Part shown: piece by piece, positions 12,536-22,328 of the stretch
Position numbering within the stretch: the first letter of the stretch is position 1
Layout: every line of letters begins with the position of its first letter
Assembly (NCBI GenBank): GCA_029953675.1
Contig: JAMWBK010000005.1
Coordinates: 1,364,001-1,428,000, forward strand
Length of the DNA: 64,000 nt
Origin: Rhodosorus marinus CCMP1338
Lineage: Eukaryota > Plantae > Rhodophyta
Direction: 5' to 3'
Notes under the pieces: generated by a model
Database searches by the model: none
The model's input: the letters and a program-made list of their open reading frames with translations, nothing else
Told to the model about the DNA's origin: nothing
Program-made: the position numbers and the translations under genes

Positions 12536-12999
12536 GTCCACGTTGACGGCGGAGGCAAAAGTAGCTGGGGTTACTGTGTTAGCGTAGTTCCTTTCTTTTG
12601 GGAAGGAGAAGAGATGAGTGTGAAGATAAGGTGACGGTGTCGTCGTTTGTTATCCATTGGTGCTTTCAGTGTTCTTCTGGGATTGACCCGTCGAAGAGGA
12701 TTGGGTTTTGCCGTTTTCTCTTTTTCGAGGGCATTGCAAAAGTCTTTTTTTCGTTTTGGTTTAGGTCGCCAATGTTATGGCTAGGTGTGTCTTGGGAGTT
12801 TCTACATAGTCTTTGGATTCGTAGCTAGGAATGGTTTTTGGGTTTGTAGAGGGTGGATGGGACTGGTTTGTGGTTTCGTAGGGTGTGCGTCTCGTGGGGT
12901 ACTGAGGGATTTTGAGCGTTTTAGTGCGGATTGCTGGCGATCGCGATTTCTTTTGGTCGTTTTTGACCGACTTGCTTCTGGGTTCTTCCCTTGTTAACG

Positions 13000-15881
13000 A
13001 TGGAGCTGGGTATGTCGAGAGGTGGTAGCCTGGCGTCACTTCCTGAACCTCATCTTGCTTCGAAACGTTCACGGCGTGGGTCAGGCGATGGAAGTACGAG
13101 AGTGATCGATGATCCGTGGGACTGGAATGCTTGGCAGGCGTTGTTAGGGGAGGTTACGTCGAGGCCATTTGCACAGGGAGTTACAGATTATGAGAGGTTT
13201 CTAGATATTTATCCGACGTATGCAAAGGGCTGGAAACACTATGCGGAGCATGCTGCTCGGGCGAGTAGCGAAAGTGGTAGGGAGGCCGTACAAGATTATA
13301 CAAAAGCCCAAGCTCATCAACCCGATGACAGCGTGAAGCCAGTGACGATCTATGAGAGAGCCCTTGTGTATTGTAAGACCAACGTTGAATTGTGGAAAAG
13401 TTTCTTGAGCTACTTGAAGAAGTACGGATCCCGAGATGCGATTCTGAAGGCGTTCGATCAAGCTGTATCGAATTGTGGGTTAGAACCTAGCAGCCATGGT
13501 ATTTGGAATGATTATATAAGCTTCATATCGAAAGGCCATGGAGGTAGGGGGCCAGAGGATCAGGTCACACGGGATCTGCTTCGTAAAGTTTATCAGCGAG
13601 CGGTAAGTAGAACATTAGCGTACTCTAGATATTCTCAACCGTGACGAATACCTGGATGATTTCTCACTCGAGAATCTTCGATCTACCAGGTTAAATCGCC
13701 AATTCAAAACCTGGAAACGTTTTGGCGTGAATACGAAGAGTTTGAGAACAAGGGGAGCAATCCGGACTTTGCGAAGGGAATCCTGGCAGAGCTAGGTCCC
13801 CTGAATAAAAGCGCGAGGGCTGAGTTTCGTGCGCGAAAGTACAGGCGAGATGGTCTGGTCTTGAACTCTGTGGCGTTTCCACCGCGAGGCAAGCCGAAAG
13901 AGGAGGAGCAGGTGCGTATCAGAAATCGACGTTAGGAAGTATTCCCCCTGCCGTAATTCTTTGGTTGTTGACGCCCCAGCCCTTGATCGCGTCTCCATCC
14001 TTCTTAGTCGAAACTGTGGAAAAAGTACGTACTAGGAGAGGCATCGAATCCTCACGAGCTGGAAGCCAGTGAACTAGGCAAGCGAGTCATTTACGCACAT
14101 GAACTCTCCTTGGTTTGCTTGTATCGGTATCCGGACGCCTGGATAGAAGCCTCGATGTACTTCAGGGAGATTGAGAAGCTTGACGAAGCCGAGGCTGTGC
14201 TGCACAGAGGTAACTTGATTCCCTCAAGCAATTTCATTGGTTTCACGAGCAGCTACGCAGACAGCTCTGCTTTGGTCACAACATCCACCTCACCTTCTGG
14301 ATTTTATATTTTGTACAGGCATTAACGCCGTTCCAGCAAGCCCCCTTCTGCACTTTGCACTGGTGAACCTGCTGGAATTGCAGTCACGAAAGGAGGAAGC
14401 TCGGACCTGCTTTGAGAACCTCATTCAGAAAGCACCGTCACCGCTCGTGTACATTGAGTACATGAAATTTTCTCGTCGAGCTGAGGGCATTGCAGCAGCA
14501 AGAAAGGTAGGCCAGAGCCAGAGCCAAGGGTGAATAGACTGTTTAATATCTTTGCGAAGCCCTGAAATTTGATGGGCACTCTGTACAGATCTTCGCTAGA
14601 GCTAGGAAGGATCAGCATTCTTGTACTTATCAAGTATTTGTGGCAGCCGCGAGACTAGAATATCACGTGAACAAACTTCCCAAGATCGCGAGAAATATCT
14701 ACGAGCTTGGTGAGCGTCGGTTCGCGCATGCTAGTTTCTGCTTGCGTCCTAACACGGAGTGAATAATTCGGAATTCTCACTGCTCGGTTTGATTCCTTTT
14801 GCGGCTGCTTCAAAAAAATTTAGGGATGAAGCTATTCCCAACCTCTGTCGACTACGCCTCTGCGTACATAGATTTCTTGTGGAATCTGAGCGAGGAGAGT
14901 GCCATCAAGTTTTTGATTGAGCGCGTACTTGCCGAATTGCCAAAGGTATGTTGGCTGTTTTTTTTTGGTCTGTAGAGAGGAGGAGACACCCGCTCATACT
15001 GAGGCAAGAAATATTCCCTTATTGTTTTTTTGCTTTTTTGCAGAGCGTTGACGCAAGAAGAATATGGGACAAAAGAATGGAGTTTGAATTCACTTTTGGA
15101 GACGCTGCGTCCATTGAAGCCGTAGAGAAGCGACGTGCGGCAGCTCTTGCGGATGGGAAGTCCTCGGGTAAGTTTGGATGACCACGCCTAGAGAAGCCCA
15201 TTCGGCTGAGTTTCTTGCTTAGCAGGTTTTTTATGGCGTTTGCTTTCGTCTGGACACAGGAGACGAGGTTTTGGGCTTGATTGCTCGGACGACAATGATG
15301 GATTTGACCCCTGTGACCCATCAGGAGATGAACGCTATCAAAAGCAGGTCTACCGTGCCCCAAAGTTCCGCAAGGACAGACACTAACGAGCGGGGAAATA
15401 CCGGGGGATCTAGTAAAGACACAAGTAAGGCATCACCCAGGATCAAGCTACAATCTTGTTCGCAGGCTTCCGCCTAAACGCTTCCCTGGTATTGTCGACT
15501 TTGACAGAATCTAGAGATCGAGATGGTGGCCACTCTCGCGGAGGTGGCAAGGGCAATGATGATAATCTCGCGTTCCGTCGATCGCTGGAGAGCCTGGTGA
15601 GAATGTTTCCTAAACCCTCGCATCAGCCTACGCCACCGGTCCAGTTTGTTCTTGACCGTATAAGGGAGACGCCGGCTTCGTTTGCAGAGACTCAGATAGC
15701 CAAGACGTCCGGCGAGGGGACCGGCTCATCTGGAACGGGGAGCAGAAAACGAAAGAGCGATGCTACGGGTAGGGGTGATTCTGAGAGTGGTTCTAAAGTT
15801 GTACCAGAACCAGTGCACAAAGCTCCTCCTCAAGATATCTTCAGATCTCGACATGCACAGAAACTATCGAAGCTGAAATAG
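13000..15881 (+). CDS. CSTF3: Cleavage stimulation factor 77 kDa subunit (CstF77/RNA14/suppressor of forked), multi-exon
   Basis: HAT repeats: DPWDWNAWQALL, YERFLDIYPT, ELWKSFLSY, RKVYQRA|VKSPIQNLETFWREYEEFE, SPLVYIEYMKFSRRAEGIAAARK. C-terminal PPQDIFRSRHAQKL. Multiple GT-AG introns; the first is 13603-13689. Confidence 0.92.
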
Positions 15882-16081
15882 GGCTTTTGTCGACCAGAGC
15901 GGTGAACTTGCCAATCAGGCTGGGACCTCTATATCCCAAACGGAACCAAGAGGATAGCTATGAACGTAATTAAAAACATTAATTATACTTTGCGAGGCAG
16001 GCAGAAGATCTTGACTACCTCACACGTGCCAACCCATCCACCCCGGTATGGCTGAAGAAACACTAAGGGACCTGCTACTTG

Positions 16082-17037
16082 CTAAAACTTTGACAAGAAG
16101 AACAGAACAAATATCCCAGCTGAAAGCAGGAAAATCGCGATGAAAGAGAATGTGAAGTTGAACATGAATTGAATAAATGCGAAAAACGCTTTGAGGACGA
16201 TGACCAGGACGACAATCGCTAGAACACCGAGTGAAACCTTAGACGGAAACCACAAAGCCAACTGGGTGAGTTCCTTCTACTATCCAAGGCCGACTGCAAT
16301 GCAGAGGCCCAAACCTTACCTTCTCGATTTCATCTTTGAACTCTTGTCTATTGGTGTTCACTAAAGACGGCCCTTCGTCCTGTAGGAAGATGCTTTTGTA
16401 CCTTTCTTCCCAGCTTAGTCTATCTTCCGAGATGGCCGTTGCAGAATCAAAAAAGCGTGCATTCTCGTCTGCCCATTCATCACTTGGTGCCGCTGCAACT
16501 TTTTCGCTTCTTCTTCTTGCTGCCTCATTCAACTCCTCGGTTTCCTGTTGTTCGCCACCTGTTGTTGGACACGGCATTTCGTTTAATCCGCTGAGCGGAA
16601 TATCGAGGATGGGTTCGGTCCTAAGCACCTACCGAAGAAGGAACGAGGGAGATCCACTTCGAAGGCATCATCCTGATTTCGAGTGGTAAGTCTTCCGAGA
16701 AGGAACGATCTGAAGGTCTGCGTAAGCTTCTCCGTGGGAGTTAAATCCTTCTCCGGTTCTTGCTCACCTACAAACGGGAAAGAATGGTGCCCTTTCAGGG
16801 TACAATCCAAGCCAGTCGGACCTCAGACCAAACCAAAACGACGCAATCCTCCTCACCTCTCTTATCTTGGTTTGCTACAATCCTAACTCTCCTTACCCCT
16901 CTTGACACCCTGTTCACGCGAAAACTCGGCCCCCTCCCACACTTAGAGGCACTGCCCCTTCCCTCAACCCAAGCCGACGTCCCCCTGTTCAATCTGACGT
17001 CAAGGGGAAACACAAACCCACCTTGACAACCCGCCAT
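16082..17037 (-). CDS. Uncharacterised plastid-targeted membrane protein (4 exons, C-terminal hydrophobic helices)
   Basis: Transit-peptide-like start MAGCQGGFVF...RRVRIVA. Three GT-AG introns keep the frame. Ends VSLGVLAIVVLVIVLKAFFAFIQFMFNFTFSFIAIFLLSAGIFVLFFLSKF*. Confidence 0.65.
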
Positions 17038-18464
17038 ATTTTCTCCAACCTCTCCCTCCTTCTCAAAAACCTTCTAAAAAGATCTCATCCCCATCCAGTC
17101 CAAACGCCCCACCTCCCTCTCCCACTCTCACCAAACGCCCGGCCATATTAACACTCCCTCCAACCAAAATCCCTAGCTCAGAGTTTACACAACATTCCTC
17201 AGACCTGTACAACCAATCTCTTACTACCTCCCCCTCTAAACCCCTCTCCCCCTCCCCTTCCTGCACACCCCAAACAACCAGCACTATTATACTTTCACCT
17301 TGTCTAGACATCAGCATCACTTCACTGAAAGCCCCCCTAAAAAAACCAAAAAACACGCATAGAACAGATTTCAATCTAAAATGTCCATTTTCGATACTGA
17401 GATACCCACTTTTTTCTGGATTTAAGATATCTTTCTTCATTTTGGGGCGAAATTGGGGCTCTTTTCGGGGCCTTTTTTGGTTTATTGACCTGAGAGATCT
17501 CCTCTTTCTCATCATGCGCATTGCAAAAATGTGAAAAATGTGGGAAAAGAGTCACATACGTATGTAGAGAAGCAGAATCTGCCTATTTTGGGGGTTTGAG
17601 GGGAGGGAGGGAAGGAGGGATGGAAATTTTTACCTTTTTTTGGGGGGGGGTGGGGGAGAGGGGGTAAAGGGTATACGAAAGGGGATATGGAGTGTTTTTG
17701 TGTTGGAGGGGTTTGGGACTTTGTGTTTATAATGAAAGAGGGGGTAGCAGCTGGCGATGAGAGAGACCGGCTGGGGGAGGGAACGTGGGGGTTTTGGGAC
17801 TCCAATGCATAGAGAAACACCACCTTGCGTGATGGCGTTGGTGTTTGGTTTGGATGTTTGCTGACGGTCCGGGGTTTTAATGAGAGGCCCCGTTCTCACG
17901 GCTGTAGACTTATGATATAGTAGAGTAGCGATGGGGGACCAGTGCGGTGGTTTTTGGTTTTCGTTGTTTTTTTTTACTTGTATCCTACTTTTGTCCTAGT
18001 CGTTCATGAGCGCTTTTTCTCCCGGCTGGGTGTTGGTGTGGATTGGCGATACGACCACCTGAAGGGACTGGTTTTGATAAAGAGCACCCACAGCGGCGGC
18101 TGTTTTGATTTGAATCCTACTGCCGCACTTAGTTTCTCTGGGCTTAGCCCTGGCCTTTTCTTCAACTCAGGGTTGTTGTCTCTAAGGGGACGATGATGAT
18201 CCAAACTTCCATTTCGACAGCGCACGAGTAAAGCTGTTTGCCATGGGTCTTTTAGATAGTGAGCAACATCGTAGACTCCTCGGTCTATTGAGACTCTCCT
18301 GCGAGGTGAGAGTGTCCCACGAGCAGTGCATCTTCAAGGGCTGTGTCCCCGCGCTTGGGACGGCATGATCCATGTAATCTCGCTTAAGCCAAATTCCAAT
18401 AATGTACTTCCACGCGTCTTAATATATTGAATAATTAATATAAAAATCTCTGACCTTTCGTATG

Positions 18465-18930
18465 TCAATAAACTTCTAGCACGCGTCCCAAATAAATTTT
18501 TTTTACTAGGAGAGTATTGGTAGATATAGGATATTTACAAGATCTTACATGTATATCAATTGATATTTTTGTATTCATGAAAGGCACAAACGGGAAAAGT
18601 ATGCATCGGTTTCGTTTTATAGAAAGCACAAGGTTGGGCAAAATATCATATCGGATTGGGGATGTTCACGAAAAGGATAAGATTTTTTGCAGTGTTTGTT
18701 TAAAATAAAAATTCCCTTTTGTCAATGAAAGTCTAACACGCGTCCTTGTTTCTGGGAGAGTATTGGTAGATACAAGATATTTATCGCAAGCTTTTTCATG
18801 TATATCATTAAATGTTTGTGTATTCATCAATGGCACGAACGGGAAAAGTATGTATCACTTGTTTTTTTAGAGAAAACGACCTTTGGACAATATCTGGTTA
18901 GGTTTTTCACAAAAAGGATATCAAGGACTG
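18465..18930. repeat. AT-rich tandem duplication, period 256 bp
   Basis: gtcaat...cta.cacgcgtcc...ggagagtattggtagata...tgtattcat.aa.ggcac.aacgggaaaagtatg occurs starting at 18465 and again at 18721. Confidence 0.75.
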
Positions 18931-19304
18931 CTCATCGAATTGGGTTGAGCGCTTCCTTCGCGTGTGTTTGGGAATCGACTAACCGCCGTGGCTGGTGGTG
19001 TGGTAGATCACTGCGAAGTTTTCACAGAGTCCGTCGGATGGCTGTCGTGCCCATCTGATCGCGAGCTGTCCGGCTGTGAAAGGTGTCCGAACGCGCCGTC
19101 ATACTCTGATCAACCGTTTTCTATCTCGTACTTTGCGACTGATCCTTCGAGCTCGAGGGGCAGAGATTGACAAGGAACAGCCCCTCCCAGTGGCTCAACT
19201 CATCTACAACCGCACTGATGATTCGGAAGCCCCCGCCAGTCCCCCGAAGAGGTGCTGGCCTTGCCGTGGACGCGAACGGCCTCCGCGACACATAGCCCCG
19301 ACCC

Positions 19305-19690
19305 TTCCGTGCCCGCTTGTCTCGCGTTATTTGTCCGGTCTTGGATTCGAGAGCGAGGTGCGGCTGTTTGCATCATGCCCCGCCGCAAGGAGGTGGTGTA
19401 CTGGGAGGCTGTCACGAACGTCACAATCCTGCAGTCGGCTGTGCCATACTGGTTCGTTCCGTACGTGTTGATGTCTGCGGATTCATCGAGCTCTGCGTCG
19501 ACCTGGCTTCCGGACTGTCTGCGCGATCGTGATGAGACAACCCCGCGTTTCTCCTCTGCGTTGAGCTTTTTGCTGTGGCGTTCCCATGCGGCCTCAGTCT
19601 TAAGAAACCCGCTCTCTTAGTTTAGCAGAGCCTTCGTCCTCCCGTTTTGTGGCCTGAATAGGCGACTTGATGAGTTTGTTCGGCGACGCA
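19305..19690 (+). repeat. Dispersed element copy B, contains small ORF 19375-19620 (81 aa)
   Basis: Inverted homolog of 12160-12535; see copy A. Confidence 0.7.
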
Positions 19691-21086
19691 TAGGAGACTC
19701 ATGGTTGAGGCAGAACAGCTTTAGGGCACAGGAATGGCGTTGGGATGCGTGACCCAGGTTCGATTTTGAAAACTAAAAAACAGAAACAAGTTCTGGACAA
19801 TAAGGATATCTCATTTTTGCCATAGAACTTCGCGGAGGGCGCCGTTTGAAATCTTGTGGGGGGGGCTGGAGGCTTGTGATTGAACACCTGAGGAGATTAT
19901 GCGTTTCTTGCTTGCGCGCAGTTAAGTGCTTGACCGAGATGCCGTTTATGAGGGACGGGAGTCACCCGCTCCACCTCCAAAATCTTCTTGACCCGCTATT
20001 GTCAGCAACATCCTCACGCTGGGGGAGTCACCGTGGCGGCGTAAACTTCCTCGAAGTCTCTCCTTTCTCCTGCGCAAAACCTCTAGCAAACAGTCGTGCA
20101 TTCAATCGCTGCACTGATCCATCGCTATTAGTTACCAGGGCAGTAGCGGCCTTTTGAAAGGATCAACCTTGGCACCCTAGACTTATTATGGATCTTTTCA
20201 CCCTATCCTTAGCCTATAAATCTCCTAGTTATAGCATCTCACTCTTTTCAAGAGATAAGCAGAAAAAGCGTAGAAGGATAGATTTGGGATATAAACCTAA
20301 TTTGGGAATTATTGGGTAGCAGATAAAGTTTGAATTCGACAAGAATTCGGAAACCACGCCAAACGTCAATTCAGGAAGGCCAAACTCCTATCTGCCAGAC
20401 TGTCTGTCCTTCATTTTTGTAGATTGTCTGCTTTCAGGACATGAAAACTCCCGAATCCATCTGCCAGGCTGTCCCTAGTTTTTATTTTGTTTATCTAGGG
20501 CGTCTTTTGTCTTGACGGTAAACTCCGGATATTGGGTTTGGCGCGCTAAGCTTTTCCTAATATAAATATTTGGGAATGGCGGTAGGGTTTCGTGGTTGGG
20601 TGAAGGAGGCGCGTCGGGTAGGGGGTGGGGTTTTGAGTTGACTTGAGAAGTTGTTAGGATTGAGAAGAGACAGTGGATTTAGGGGCGTGTTAGGTATTCA
20701 GCAACTGGGTAAGAATTGGTTAGGATACGCAAGTTTTTTTCGGGTTTGTTTTTGTGAATCGTGTGGGAAAGGAAGTTTTCTGGGGGGGTGGGGGTGGGGG
20801 AAAGAACGAGGAACGGGGTTGGTTGACTCCTTTGTGACGCTTGCTTTGTGCTAAAAGCGGGGAAGGGGATTTTCTGTTGGTGGCAGGTTTTGGTGTGGTC
20901 GAGTGGGATGGTTTTGATCATTGTGGCAGATTGGCTTGATCTGTGCACGGGAATTTGGCGCGGCTGAGGGTGTGCGGAAGGGTCAACAGCAGCTGTTCTG
21001 GACTTTTGCTTTTGTTTCTGCTTGCAGTTTGTGCAGGACACCTGAGGAGGTAGCGCCATTCCTCCAGCAGCTGGTTCGTTTTGAGA

Positions 21087-22109
21087 ATGGCTTACGATTA
21101 CTATAGCACCCTTGGGGTTGATCAAAGCGCGAATTTAAGTACGTTGACGACGGCATACAAAACCTTGGCGGCTAGGTACCATCCCAGCCGACAAGAGAGC
21201 AGTTCTGTGCTGTCCAAATCGTACTTCAAGCTAATAGCTGAAGCCTACCAAGTCCTGTCCAACAAGTATCTGAGAGTACTCTATGGAAAGTTTGGGAAGG
21301 GGGAAGCCGGCAAACCTTGGGCTGAAGTCCTCGTAGAAGCAATGTCGGGCAACACCTTTTCTGATGAAAATCGTCCGGTTCTCGTTACCGCGGAAGAGTT
21401 GTTCAAGCAGGTTTTCGGAGTCAGCGATATAAGCAGTGCCAATGATATAACACCAGCACCACCTCCGAAAAGGCAGCGGCCGAATGAAGCCACCAGCATT
21501 TATCCAGGGGCTCCAACGAGTTGGAGGAATCGTAACCTTCCGAAAGATCCCGACAAGGAGATGGTTTACTCTATCTCTTTGGAGGATCTCTACAAGGGGG
21601 TCAGGAGGAGGCTCAAACTGACTCACACTATCATAGACAAACATTCGGGAACTCCCGTAAGGGTATCCGAATTGAAGGAGTTTGTTCTGCGACCTGGAAC
21701 CTTTGCCGGAACTAAGGTAAGATTCGAAAATGCGGGTGACGAAACTCCTGGTAGGATTCCAGCCGACGTCGTACTAGTCGTTCATGAGAAACCGCACAGC
21801 TGCTTCGTCAGAAAAGTGAACGACCTCGTCGCGACCTACAATATTTCTCTTCCTGATGCGCTGACCGGGACGACCCTTAAGCTGACATGCTTGGATGGTA
21901 AAGAACTTGCGATTCCAATAACGGAAGTCGTCAAACCTGGCTACACGAAGAGAATCGCTGAAGCCGGAATGCCGCTGAGGAAATCTAATTCAAGGAAGTT
22001 TGGAGATTTGCTCGTCAATTTCCAAATCATGTTTCCACAAAACCTTTTGACAGCAAGGAAGGAAGAAGTCCGAAAGCTGCTTACCGAGCAGGAGGACGAC
22101 GATATCTAA
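21087..22109 (+). CDS. DnaJ/Hsp40 class B-like protein with a non-canonical J-domain motif (HPS)
   Basis: N-terminal J domain (DYYSTLGV...ARYHPS...FKLIAEAYQVLS) and C-terminal substrate-binding domains (ISLEDLYKG, GDETPGRIPADVV, ISLPDALTG, GMPLRK...GDLLVNFQIMFP). Confidence 0.88.
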   Translation: MAYDYYSTLGVDQSANLSTLTTAYKTLAARYHPSRQESSSVLSKSYFKLIAEAYQVLSNKYLRVLYGKFGKGEAGKPWAEVLVEAMSGNTFSDENRPVLVTAEELFKQVFGVSDISSANDITPAPPPKRQRPNEATSIYPGAPTSWRNRNLPKDPDKEMVYSISLEDLYKGVRRRLKLTHTIIDKHSGTPVRVSELKEFVLRPGTFAGTKVRFENAGDETPGRIPADVVLVVHEKPHSCFVRKVNDLVATYNISLPDALTGTTLKLTCLDGKELAIPITEVVKPGYTKRIAEAGMPLRKSNSRKFGDLLVNFQIMFPQNLLTARKEEVRKLLTEQEDDDI

Positions 22110-22328
22110 TGTATCCATGGCGCTGCTTTCTGTTCAAGGAAAGTTGCGAGTGCTAACACCCTGTCCTAGCAAGCAACTCATTCGCGGATTCGATTTAAGA
22201 TTGTTTGCTCTATGATTTACTATATATGAAAACGGAAGAGGAGAACGACTAAAATGTAAAGGAAGCTGACAACAAGCTCAATCACCGCAGTTACAAAATA
22301 TCCCAGCCCTCGGGTTGATTCTGATCGC

